From Bacteroidales bacterium (lineage in GTDB: Bacteria > Bacteroidota > Bacteroidia > Bacteroidales > UBA1715): 50,909 bases of DNA. Where the stretch lies: positions 1 to 50,909 of the forward strand of contig JAEEQV010000001.1 in assembly GCA_016285445.1 (NCBI GenBank), given 5' to 3'. The position numbers and the translations under genes are program-made. How positions within the stretch are numbered: the first letter of the stretch is position 1; the number at the start of each line of letters is the position of its first letter. Positions 19,277 through 27,479 of this stretch are shown one piece after another. A model generated the notes under the pieces. That model was not told the DNA's origin, searched no databases, and worked only from the letters and a program-made list of their open reading frames with translations.

Positions 19277-20429
19277 TTTCTACTCGTGCCCTATATTGCG
19301 TGTCTAACGTGACAGGCGTCAGCGAAAGGTAGCCAGCTTTAATTCTGCCATTTATTATATCTATTGATTTTGAAGCTTGGATTTTGTGGTCAGCAAGCAA
19401 ATCTTCGCTATTGTTGAAGAAATCCACCGAAAACGTCCCTATTTTTCCATCTTCTACAAATCTGTCGTAAAACAGACGAGCAACCAATCCCATCGTCATT
19501 CTCAGGTTAAATTCCACACAAGGATGTACGAAAAATTGTCCGTTTTCCTTGTAGATAAACATATCTACGCCCACGAATCCAGTATAATGCGGAGCAATAT
19601 GTTCCGAAATAAACGCAACGAGTGACTTTTGAATAGCGTTAAGGTTTTCAACCGAAATCCATTCTTGTAATTTATTGACAATGACATCATTCGAAGCAAG
19701 CAGATTTCCTTGATATGCTCCGTGTTCGTTGGTGAAAAACCACGAATAGCCGGCAAAATCAGTTTCTCCGTTTTTACACGAAAATTCCATGGCAAAGTCT
19801 TGAATGATAGTGTATAACGGTTCTGCTATCACGCTCCCCTGCTTTATGGCAATATTTTTAACCCGATTAAGCAAATTTTCGGGCAAATAGCCTAAACTTC
19901 GCACAATTCCTTTGCCACTCCCCGACCATGGCGCCTTAAAAATTGCATACGGATGCACGGCAACAAAGTTCTCAATGTCTTCGCCCGCAAGCAATGACGC
20001 TGGTTTTGCAAGATGCAGTGTTGGATTTTCCAACGGTTGTAAAAATGCTGTCGCTTCAATAGCCAGATTTCTATGTTGCAATGTCCGAAGCCGATCCAAC
20101 TGCTCAACCGACGGAAGTTGTGAAACGCCTTTTTTTTCAAAATACCTGCGAATGGTCTTATTCCATCCCCACGGAGAAATCTCCGCCGATTCGGCTGGTT
20201 GTGTCGCAAAAGAATTATTTCTTAGTTGTGGAAACAAAGTTTGTTGCTCCACAAGCCACGATTGTTCCGCATTTTCGGTATAAATCACGGCATTCTCGTC
20301 ACCATACCAGATGGGAAGCACCGAGAAATCACGAGCAAAAACTTTTGCCGACTGCGGAGCATCAAAATGGTCAGAATCAGATGCAAGTGCCAAATCGTGG
20401 TCGGGATTAAAAATGTATAGTTTTCGCAT
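19266..20429 (-). CDS. ATP-grasp fold protein of unknown substrate
   Basis: 387 aa. It has a Gly-rich loop (FKAPWSGSGKGIV), AEPLYTI, DFAMEF, and the catalytic-type motif VGVDMF...PCVEFNLRMT (E-x-N-x-R). Confidence 0.6.
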   Translation of the reverse strand: MRKLYIFNPDHDLALASDSDHFDAPQSAKVFARDFSVLPIWYGDENAVIYTENAEQSWLVEQQTLFPQLRNNSFATQPAESAEISPWGWNKTIRRYFEKKGVSQLPSVEQLDRLRTLQHRNLAIEATAFLQPLENPTLHLAKPASLLAGEDIENFVAVHPYAIFKAPWSGSGKGIVRSLGYLPENLLNRVKNIAIKQGSVIAEPLYTIIQDFAMEFSCKNGETDFAGYSWFFTNEHGAYQGNLLASNDVIVNKLQEWISVENLNAIQKSLVAFISEHIAPHYTGFVGVDMFIYKENGQFFVHPCVEFNLRMTMGLVARLFYDRFVEDGKIGTFSVDFFNNSEDLLADHKIQASKSIDIINGRIKAGYLSLTPVTLDTQYRARVEITS

Positions 20430-20432
20430 ACA

Positions 20433-21002
20433 CTAAAACTTCGACATAAATTTGTAGAAATAGTCCTTGTTTTCAATCGAAAACTGATTTTTCATTCCTA
20501 ACGCAATCGGAATAAACTTATTCTCGGAATTGTACACCAAAAACCATTTGTCCGCCTCATTTTTGTAGTTATTCCAGAAATTCTCCTTGCTTCGGTAATA
20601 TCGCCGAATCACGTCACGATTTGGCACAAAATGACCGCCTTTAAGCACGCGTTCCTTGATACGCTCAATACAAACTTCGGGAGAATACAAAAAAACATAT
20701 ACCAGCGTCACTTCGTAACCTTCCTTGTGAAAATCGTTCATCATCTTGGTAAGATAGGTTCCCGACAACGTACTTTCAATAAGAACGCTCTCGCCACGTT
20801 TTTTGTACTCCTCGAGTTGTTTAAAGAAAATTTTTCCGGCACTCACACTCACCCTGCTCATATTCACAGGATCGATTGTTTTGGCAATTTCGTCGGCATT
20901 CAGACACGCCATTGGGTGCAGTTCTATGTAGCTCTGCGTAAATGTAGTTTTTCCCGAACCATTCGGACCACCTATAATTACCAATTCTTTCGTATCTGCC
21001 AT
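20433..21002 (-). CDS. zeta-toxin-like P-loop kinase (AAA/zeta family)
   Basis: 189 aa with Walker A GGPNGSGKTT, LNADEI, LIESTLSG and RVLKGGHFVP...IRRYYRS, as in zeta/PezT-like kinases. Confidence 0.7.
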   Translation of the reverse strand: MADTKELVIIGGPNGSGKTTFTQSYIELHPMACLNADEIAKTIDPVNMSRVSVSAGKIFFKQLEEYKKRGESVLIESTLSGTYLTKMMNDFHKEGYEVTLVYVFLYSPEVCIERIKERVLKGGHFVPNRDVIRRYYRSKENFWNNYKNEADKWFLVYNSENKFIPIALGMKNQFSIENKDYFYKFMSKF

Positions 21003-21020
21003 ACCAACGCATTTTCAATA

Positions 21021-21028
21021 CAAAGATA
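21021..21028 (-). promoter_or_regulatory. -7 box (TATCTTTG on the minus strand) for the kinase/ATP-grasp pair
   Basis: CAAAGATA on the plus strand, 19 nt upstream of the ATG at 21002, inside the 59-bp gap after the thioesterase gene. Confidence 0.4.
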
Positions 21029-21061
21029 GGAAACTTGCCACAGAGGTTACACAAAAATCTG

Positions 21062-21481
21062 TTATTTCTTGAAATTTTCCACTGCTCGCTTCCATTCTTC
21101 CAGAACGGGTGCAGGTTTTTCATTCTCAATATGCACAAACGTCGTGACTGAAAAGTTCGCAAGTTGCTCACCTTCAGCAGTTTTCTTGAAAATTGCCTGG
21201 AGCATGTCGAAACTGGAATTCCCCCAACGGACAACCTTGTTTTTCACACAAATTTCGTCGGTTAGATACAAGGGCTTCACGTAGGTTGTATTTACCTGAC
21301 AAATAAGTGTGTTAGACGTCTTTGCCTGAAGCACTTCTTTAAAATAATGCATGCGCCCCAAGTCGTAATACGAATGATACACGCCATTGTTGATATGGCC
21401 GTTGCTGTCCATGTCGGTAAAGCGAACTTGAATATCTACCGAATGGGAAAATGCCTGCTGTAAAACCTCGTCTTTTGTCAT
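21062..21481 (-). CDS. acyl-CoA thioesterase, hotdog fold (YbgC/4HBT-like)
   Basis: 139 aa with VRFTDMDSNGHINNGVYHSYYD, typical of 4HBT thioesterases. Confidence 0.85.
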   Translation of the reverse strand: MTKDEVLQQAFSHSVDIQVRFTDMDSNGHINNGVYHSYYDLGRMHYFKEVLQAKTSNTLICQVNTTYVKPLYLTDEICVKNKVVRWGNSSFDMLQAIFKKTAEGEQLANFSVTTFVHIENEKPAPVLEEWKRAVENFKK

Positions 21482-22044
21482 TACTTGCGAATTATAGTGA
21501 TTTGTCCGTTGTTTGATAATTTAATGATTTGCGAAGCCTTTGCCTTTTTCATATCGTTCTGACGATAGTTCACCACATAGTCAACACCATCAATTATTTG
21601 ACTATCAATATCTTGGAAGATTTCAGCCGTTGGATTTCCATGGATATTCGCCGAGGTGGAAACAATAGGTTTTCGGAACTGCTGAATCAGTTGGTCGGTG
21701 AAAGGCTCACTCGTCACACGAATGCCTATGCTGCCGTCCTGCCCCACAAGGTTTTCCGGAAGATTTCGAGCCTTGTCGAAAATAATGGTCATAGGTGAAG
21801 TCGCACAATCAATCAAATCGTATGCAACTTGCGGCATATCAACCACATAGCGCTCAAGCATCGCCACAGAATTCACCAGCACAAGCAACGGGATATTGCC
21901 GTCGCGGTGTTTCAGTTTGAAAACCTTGTCGATTGCTTCGGCGTTGGTGGCATCGCAACCAATTCCCCAAATGGTGTCGGTTGGATACAGAATGGTGCCG
22001 CCGGAACGAAGCACCTCGCAACACTTTTTTATATCTTCTTTCAT
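21481..22044 (-). CDS. tsaC: L-threonylcarbamoyladenylate synthase (YrdC/TsaC)
   Basis: 187 aa with GGTILYPTDTIWGIGCDA and VSTSANIHG. Confidence 0.9.
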   Translation of the reverse strand: MKEDIKKCCEVLRSGGTILYPTDTIWGIGCDATNAEAIDKVFKLKHRDGNIPLLVLVNSVAMLERYVVDMPQVAYDLIDCATSPMTIIFDKARNLPENLVGQDGSIGIRVTSEPFTDQLIQQFRKPIVSTSANIHGNPTAEIFQDIDSQIIDGVDYVVNYRQNDMKKAKASQIIKLSNNGQITIIRK

Positions 22045-23306
22045 TTGTATATCAAAACATTTATTTTTTCTGGTGAAAGCATCATGGCCGCCACTTTTTT
22101 TATCATTTCGTTGGTAACGGCATTTATTTTCCGGGAAACTTCCTCAAACGAATCTATGTGATTGAACCACCAACACGATTTCGCGTTATTCAGCATGAGC
22201 GACATATAATTATCGTCGGAGATGGCAAGTTGTCCCAAAATCTGTTGTTTGTAGGCAGCAAGTTGTTCTTCGGGAAGACCGTTTGCCACAATGTCGGCAA
22301 ACAGGTTTGCAATAATTTCCCGACACTGTGGCACCTTTGCATAGTCCGTTCCGAAATATACGGCAAACACGCCCGTATCGGAATAGGCAGTATAATTCGC
22401 CTCTATATTGTACGTAAGTCCCTGTTCTTCACGGAGTTTCAGATTCAGCAACGCATTGAACGACGGGCCTCCCAAAATATTCGTCAACAACGAAGACGCA
22501 AACTTCAAGTCGCTGGAAATTGCCGGAGCATACGAGCCCAGCACACAATGAGCTTGGTGAGTCTTTTTATTTTTTACGATATTGAAATTCGTTCCACGTG
22601 GAACAAATGGTTTTTCTGCCAGTTTTTCCTGCTGTGTGTCAGTAGTTTGACCGAAGTAAGTTTGAGCAAAACTTTTAATTTTTTCTAAATCTACCCCACC
22701 CACATACGACACGACAAGGCGCTCATTTCTGTATAGTTTCCGATAGGCGGCAAGAACATCGGAGCGTTTCATTTTGCGGACCGACGATTTTGTCCCCAGA
22801 ATGTTCGACGCAAGCGAATGACCAGCAAACAATAGTTCTTCAAAGTCATCGTAGATAATTTCGGCAGGAGAATCCTCATACGATTCTATTTCGTCTATCA
22901 CCACCGTTTTTTCTTTTTTCAGTTCCTCTTCGGGAAATACAGAGTTATGAAAAATCTCGCTCAACACCGAGAACGCCCGTTCCACGTGGTCGTTGGCAAT
23001 GGCGATTTGGAAACACGTTTCCTCCTTGGCGGTGTAGGCGTTCATTTCGCCGCCCACCGATTCCACCATATTCATCAGTTCCGAATAGGAATATTTGTCA
23101 GTTCCCTTGAAAATTGCATGTTCAATCAAGTGCGAAACACCCAGTGTTTCACCGTCGTTGCGGGAGCCAGAGGCCAGGTACAGGCCGACATACGAAGCAG
23201 ATGAATCGGCAGCGGACAAACAGACTTTTGTCCCATTGGCAAGAGTTAGCGTTGTTTCCTTGTTATTCACAATTTTTTTTCGCAAATATACATTTTTTCC
23301 GTTCAT
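22041..23306 (-). CDS. M16 family (pitrilysin-like) zinc peptidase
   Basis: HxxEH motif present (GVSHLIEHAIFKGT). The ORF-track start at 23363 is GTG, so I used the first ATG at 23306 (MNGKNVYL...). The start remains uncertain. Confidence 0.85.
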   Translation of the reverse strand: MNGKNVYLRKKIVNNKETTLTLANGTKVCLSAADSSASYVGLYLASGSRNDGETLGVSHLIEHAIFKGTDKYSYSELMNMVESVGGEMNAYTAKEETCFQIAIANDHVERAFSVLSEIFHNSVFPEEELKKEKTVVIDEIESYEDSPAEIIYDDFEELLFAGHSLASNILGTKSSVRKMKRSDVLAAYRKLYRNERLVVSYVGGVDLEKIKSFAQTYFGQTTDTQQEKLAEKPFVPRGTNFNIVKNKKTHQAHCVLGSYAPAISSDLKFASSLLTNILGGPSFNALLNLKLREEQGLTYNIEANYTAYSDTGVFAVYFGTDYAKVPQCREIIANLFADIVANGLPEEQLAAYKQQILGQLAISDDNYMSLMLNNAKSCWWFNHIDSFEEVSRKINAVTNEMIKKVAAMMLSPEKINVLIYK

Positions 23307-23376
23307 TTCTTTTGGTGGCAAAAGAAACGAACCAAAGAAAAACCACCGACGGACCTGCTCCACTAAAAATCAACTG

Positions 23377-23668
23377 CGTTCCGCTAAAAGAGTTGAAGTG
23401 CCGCACTTTCGTAGTGCAAGCCGTCATGTATTAGGGCACCAACTCTTTTTACGCTGCACTCCATTGATTTTCTTGACGCTCCGCAGCTCAGTCGGAATGT
23501 CGAGTGGTAAAGGGAAACGTGTATTTTGCTATTTTATGTTTTTTACTATACAATGAAGGTTCGACTCCACAGATGAGCGTTAAGAAAAACAGAGAATGGA
23601 GCGTAAAGAACTCTCGGCTTGGCGGCGTGGGTTGTGTGTCAGCGCCATTTCGAGAATTTAGCGGAATG
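23377..23668 (+). mobile_element. candidate MITE-like or structured-RNA element, 292 bp
   Basis: The terminal inverted repeats are CGTTCCGCTAAA (23377-23388) and the reverse complement of TTTAGCGGAATG (23657-23668), matching at 11 of 12 positions. AACTG flanks both ends (23372-23376 and 23669-23673). The interior folds into nested long-range helices, described in the findings. Confidence 0.45.
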
Positions 23669-23710
23669 AACTGTTTTTTAGCGAAGATGTGGCGTCGACG
23701 GCGGTTTTTG

Positions 23711-23740
23711 TTACTTTTTGTCGCTGTAGACAAAAAGTAA
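23711..23740 (+). terminator. perfect 12-bp hairpin, homologous in position to the terminator hairpin after paralog 1
   Basis: TTACTTTTTGTC (23711-23722) pairs with GACAAAAAGTAA (23729-23740) around the loop GCTGTA. Confidence 0.4.
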
Positions 23741-23752
23741 AGAAAACTTTCT

Positions 23753-23760
23753 TATTTTTG
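23753..23760 (+). promoter_or_regulatory. -7 box TATTTTTG for paralog 1
   Basis: TAnnTTTG, 23 nt upstream of the ATG at 23783. It lies inside the duplicated segment. Confidence 0.45.
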
Positions 23761-23782
23761 ATGTTGTTATAATAGTTACAAT

Positions 23783-24298
23783 ATGAAACGTTTCTTTTTT
23801 ACAAGTGTTATTTTAAATCTTTTGACGTCGATTTTACTATCGTTTAATGTACATGCACAGAACGAATTTGTTGACTTGGGTTTAAGCGTTACATGGGCTA
23901 CGTGCAACGTTGGCGCTAATTCTCCAGAGGAAAATGGTGAGTATTATACATTTGATAATGCGTTAACATTAAAGAAAAACGAGGAAAGATTACCGACAAA
24001 AGAGGAATTTCAAGAATTGATTGATAATTGCACGTGGTTATGGACAGAAGAAGGAGTGCATGGATATATGGCGACAAGCAAAAAGAATGGTAACAGCATC
24101 TTTCTCCCTGCTGCTAGCACACGCTACGGGACGAGTGTTGAGCTCGTTGGTTCCCACGGCGGCTATTGGTCGAGTTCAACCGATGATGGGAGCGACTTCG
24201 TTGCCTTTCTGTACTTCTGTATTTTCGACGTGAGCGTAGGCTTCGACGACCGCAGTCTTGGGCGATCAGTCCGTCTTGTGCAGGATGCGAAGAAATAA
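23783..24298 (+). CDS. secreted DUF1566/FISUMP-like protein, paralog 1
   Basis: It has a signal peptide (MKRFFFTSVILNLLTSILLSFNVHAQ) and the motifs WATCNVGA, RLPTKEEFQELI, GYWSSS and GRSVRLV, typical of DUF1566 or the Fibrobacter major paralogous domain. Confidence 0.8.
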   Translation: MKRFFFTSVILNLLTSILLSFNVHAQNEFVDLGLSVTWATCNVGANSPEENGEYYTFDNALTLKKNEERLPTKEEFQELIDNCTWLWTEEGVHGYMATSKKNGNSIFLPAASTRYGTSVELVGSHGGYWSSSTDDGSDFVAFLYFCIFDVSVGFDDRSLGRSVRLVQDAKK

Positions 24299-24320
24299 CT
24301 TTTTCTTTCAAGAGAAAAAG
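24299..24320 (+). terminator. hairpin immediately after the paralog 1 stop
   Basis: CTTTTTCT (24299-24306) pairs with AGAAAAAG (24313-24320). Confidence 0.4.
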
Positions 24321-24336
24321 TAACAAGAAAAAATCT

Positions 24337-24344
24337 TATTTTTG
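24337..24344 (+). promoter_or_regulatory. -7 box TATTTTTG for paralog 2
   Basis: Identical to 23753-23760, 23 nt upstream of the ATG at 24367. Confidence 0.45.
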
Positions 24345-24366
24345 ATGTTGTTATAATAGTTACAAT

Positions 24367-24888
24367 ATGAAACGTTTCTTTTTTACAAGTGTTATTATAA
24401 GTCTTTTGACGTCGATTTTACTATCGTTTAATGCACATGCACAGAACGAATTTGTTGACTTGGGTTTAAGCGTTACATGGGCTACGTGCAACGTTGGCGC
24501 TAATTCTCCAGAGGGAAACGGTGAGTATTATACATTTGATAATGCGTTAACATTAAAGAAAAACGAGGAAAGATTACCGACAAGAGAGGAATTTCAAGAG
24601 TTGATAGATAATTGTACATGGTTATGGACAGCAGAAGGAGTGCAAGGATATAAGGTTACAAGCAAAAAGAACGGCAACAGCATTTTTCTTCCTGCTGCTG
24701 GCAAGCGCGACGAGGGCATTGACGGGCCAAAGGTGTTTTTTGGTGGTTCCATCGGCTACTACTGGTCGAATTCGGCTTACAATGACGAGAAAGCCTACTT
24801 TTTGTACTTCGGCGAAATTATTGGTATGGATTACTATGACCGCATTGAGGAACGGTCTGTCCGCCTTGTGCAAGATGCAAAGAAATAA
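24367..24888 (+). CDS. secreted DUF1566/FISUMP-like protein, paralog 2
   Basis: 173 aa. The N-terminal roughly 110 aa are nearly identical to paralog 1, and the C-terminal part diverges. Confidence 0.8.
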   Translation: MKRFFFTSVIISLLTSILLSFNAHAQNEFVDLGLSVTWATCNVGANSPEGNGEYYTFDNALTLKKNEERLPTREEFQELIDNCTWLWTAEGVQGYKVTSKKNGNSIFLPAAGKRDEGIDGPKVFFGGSIGYYWSNSAYNDEKAYFLYFGEIIGMDYYDRIEERSVRLVQDAKK

Positions 24889-24891
24889 CTA

Positions 24892-26760
24892 TTATCTTCC
24901 TAAATAGACAAGCAACACATTAATGTCTGCCGGAGAAATACCGCTGATTCGTGACGCCTGGCCAATGGTTTCGGGGTCAATCTTTGTGAGTTTCTGCCGT
25001 GCCTCGGTTGACAGTGACTCAATTTTCTCGTATGGAATTTTCCCTTTGATTTTGATATAATCCAAACGGGAAATCTTTTCGGCAATCTGTCGCTCTTTCT
25101 CAATATATCCCGAATACTTTATGTTTATATCCACCGACTCCTGAACAACGTCCCAATCAACATCGTCGGTTTCGATAAAATCAGATTGTTCCACGTGGAA
25201 ACATTTTACCGAAACATTCGGGCGAGCGATAAGGGACGCAAGTTTCGTCGATTCCGACAAGGGCTTACTTCCAAGTGATTCAAGAATTGGATTCGCCTGT
25301 GCCATTGTCATTTTTTTCTCGTTCACGTAATTTGTGAGCTTCTCAACAGCAGCCATTTTATGTTCAAATGCCTGCTTGCGAACATCGTCAACCAAACCAA
25401 GTTCGATTCCTTTTGGCGTCAAACGGACATCAGCATCATCCTGACGAAGCAAGATTCTGAACTCCGCACGGGAAGTAAACATTCTGTATGGCTCATTCAC
25501 GCCTTTGGTAATAAGGTCGTCAATCAGCACGCCAATATACGCCTCGTCACGATGAAGAATGAACGCCTCACGTTCCGACGCCTTGAGCGAAGCGTTGATT
25601 CCGGCAATCAAACCTTGTGCCCCCGCTTCTTCGTAGCCAGTTGTTCCGTTGATTTGTCCGGCGAAGAACAAATTCTGTATCATTTTCGTCTCCAACGAAG
25701 CCGTGAGCTGCGTCGGCATAAAAAAATCGTATTCAATGGCGTAGCCAGGGCGGAAAATCTTACAATTCTCCAAACCGGGCAACAAACGCATCGCCTTATA
25801 TTGCACATCAGCAGGCAGCGACGATGAAAATCCGTTCAAATAATATTCGCACGTGTTGATTCCCTCAGGCTCCAAAAAAAGTTGATGTTTGTCCTTGTCG
25901 GCAAACGTCACCAATTTTGTTTCAATGCTCGGGCAATATCGCGGGCCGATACTTTTTATTGTTCCGTTGTACAATGGTGAATCGGCAAAACCCGAACGAA
26001 GAACTTCGTGAACCTGCGGATTCGTGTAAGTCATCCAACAACTCAATTGAGGTAATCTTTGAATTGTTCCACGTGGAACAAACGAAAAACTACCAATCTC
26101 GTCGTCGCCTTTTTGTTCCTTACATTTTGAAAAGTCAATCGTTCTTCCATCAATACGAGCAGGAGTACCTGTTTTCATTCTTCCAACCTCAAATCCAAAA
26201 TCGCGGATTTGGTCGGAAAGTTTATACGAAGGCAACTCTCCTATTCTACCTCCTTCGACTTGCGAACGACCAATGTGCATCAAACCATTCAAAAAAGTTC
26301 CATTGGTTAACACAACCGATTTTGCCTTGATAGAAATTCCCCAAACCGTTTTAACTCCAACAACTTTATCTTTGTCGAGCAACAGTTCGCAAACAGCATC
26401 TTGCCAAAAATCAAGATTTGGGATAGATTCAAGTTCTTCGCGCCAGTGCTTAATGAACAACGCCCTGTCGGCTTGCGAACGAGGGCTCCACATAGCAGGG
26501 CCCTTCGATTTGTTCAACATTCGGAACTGAATTGACGAAGCATCGGTGATTTTTCCCATAGCACCACCAAGTGCGTCAATCTCGCGGACAATCTGTCCTT
26601 TGGCAATACCACCAACGGCAGGATTGCACGACATAGCCGCCATTTTCGTCATATCCATTGTGATGAGCAACGTCTGTGAACCCAGACGGGCAGCGGCAGC
26701 GGCGGCTTCACAGCCAGCGTGTCCGGCGCCAACAACTATTACATCGTATTCTTGTAACAT
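24892..26760 (-). CDS. mnmG: tRNA uridine 5-carboxymethylaminomethyl modification enzyme MnmG (GidA)
   Basis: 622 aa starting YDVIVVGAGHAGCEAA, with GidA motifs throughout. Confidence 0.97.
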   Translation of the reverse strand: MLQEYDVIVVGAGHAGCEAAAAAARLGSQTLLITMDMTKMAAMSCNPAVGGIAKGQIVREIDALGGAMGKITDASSIQFRMLNKSKGPAMWSPRSQADRALFIKHWREELESIPNLDFWQDAVCELLLDKDKVVGVKTVWGISIKAKSVVLTNGTFLNGLMHIGRSQVEGGRIGELPSYKLSDQIRDFGFEVGRMKTGTPARIDGRTIDFSKCKEQKGDDEIGSFSFVPRGTIQRLPQLSCWMTYTNPQVHEVLRSGFADSPLYNGTIKSIGPRYCPSIETKLVTFADKDKHQLFLEPEGINTCEYYLNGFSSSLPADVQYKAMRLLPGLENCKIFRPGYAIEYDFFMPTQLTASLETKMIQNLFFAGQINGTTGYEEAGAQGLIAGINASLKASEREAFILHRDEAYIGVLIDDLITKGVNEPYRMFTSRAEFRILLRQDDADVRLTPKGIELGLVDDVRKQAFEHKMAAVEKLTNYVNEKKMTMAQANPILESLGSKPLSESTKLASLIARPNVSVKCFHVEQSDFIETDDVDWDVVQESVDINIKYSGYIEKERQIAEKISRLDYIKIKGKIPYEKIESLSTEARQKLTKIDPETIGQASRISGISPADINVLLVYLGR

Positions 26761-26761
26761 A

Positions 26762-27181
26762 CTATTCTACCAAACGCAAATAATAATCTTCCTTTTGAGT
26801 CATAACTTTCTTATCCTCAGGCTTTTTGTCTTTGTAACCGACCAAATGAAGCACTCCATGAATCAGGATTCGATAACATTCATTGAGTTTTGTCACCTTG
26901 TTCTGCTTGGCATTGTCCTCTATCCTATCCATGCTCATATAAATATCCGAAGCAATTTCCGTTTCCGAATAATCAAACGTGATAATGTCGGTATAGTAAT
27001 CGTGCTTTAGGAAATTTTGATTGATTCCCAACAAATAATTGTCGGAACACGCAATGAAATTGATGTAGTCGATTTTTTTCTTCGACTCGTTTTGGACAAT
27101 GATTTGGACTATAGAACGAAACGATGTCCTACGCAATCCCGAAGGAAATTTGGAGTCCTCTTGGAAGAAATTTATTTTCAT
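26762..27181 (-). CDS. ybeY: rRNA maturation RNase YbeY
   Basis: HGVLHLVGYKD zinc motif present. I trimmed the start to the ATG at 27181 (MKINFFQED...). Confidence 0.9.
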   Translation of the reverse strand: MKINFFQEDSKFPSGLRRTSFRSIVQIIVQNESKKKIDYINFIACSDNYLLGINQNFLKHDYYTDIITFDYSETEIASDIYMSMDRIEDNAKQNKVTKLNECYRILIHGVLHLVGYKDKKPEDKKVMTQKEDYYLRLVE

Positions 27182-27214
27182 TGTAAACTCAAATGAAACA
27201 ATCAATTAACAAGG

Positions 27215-27222
27215 CAAAAATA
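27215..27222 (-). promoter_or_regulatory. -7 box (TATTTTTG on the minus strand) for ybeY-mnmG
   Basis: CAAAAATA on the plus strand, 34 nt upstream of 27181. Confidence 0.35.
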
Positions 27223-27479
27223 GTATTTTTTCCGTTTCAATATTTTTGTGACGAAATTTTCATCCTTATTTTCAAAAAAACTAATCCTTGGCAATTATAT
27301 ACCATTCTTGCTTGAAAAATGTTGAGACACAATGCTTTAGTCTTTCCGCTGGCTCGTCTGTTCAAATAGTATTTTGATATTGCGCCTTGTCCTTTTTCAA
27401 AACAAATTATAATAGTCTTTATTAGGGAATAGCTCAAATTTATTTTTTTCGTATTTTGCCACATAATTTTTGAATTACT

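Noticed and set aside
23480-23580. tRNA-like, tmRNA-like or RNase P-like strings (GCAGCTCAGTCGG and GGTTCGACTCCACAGA) in the structured element
   Set aside because: The putative T-stem would have only 2 base pairs. The spacing between the D-like and T-like strings (about 74 nt) does not fit a tRNA, and there is no acceptor stem. The RNase P P4 consensus GGAAAGTCC and the ACAGAA...GGCTTA strand are absent. The resemblance is probably fortuitous.
23488-23740. ORFs of 78 aa (plus strand, 23504-23740) and 81 aa (minus strand, 23488-23733) in the M16/DUF1566 intergenic region
   Set aside because: They overlap each other on opposite strands and have Arg/Cys-rich, low-complexity translations. Neither has a -7 box at a suitable distance. 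They coincide with the helices of the structured element, so RNA or DNA structure explains the sequence better than coding.
24100-24888. Diversity-generating retroelement (DGR) acting on the variable C-termini of the DUF1566-like paralogs
   Set aside because: DUF1566/C-type-lectin-like folds are known DGR targets. However, there is no reverse transcriptase gene in the window. No template repeat matches either variable region; I compared both strands of 23364-23750 by eye. The two variable regions also differ by indels, not adenine-specific substitutions.
27193-27315. 40-codon plus-strand ORF (MKQSINKAKIVFF...) in the ybeY/sppA gap
   Set aside because: It overlaps the predicted ybeY promoter, has no -7 box of its own, and has no distinguishing sequence features. 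It is probably a chance ORF.
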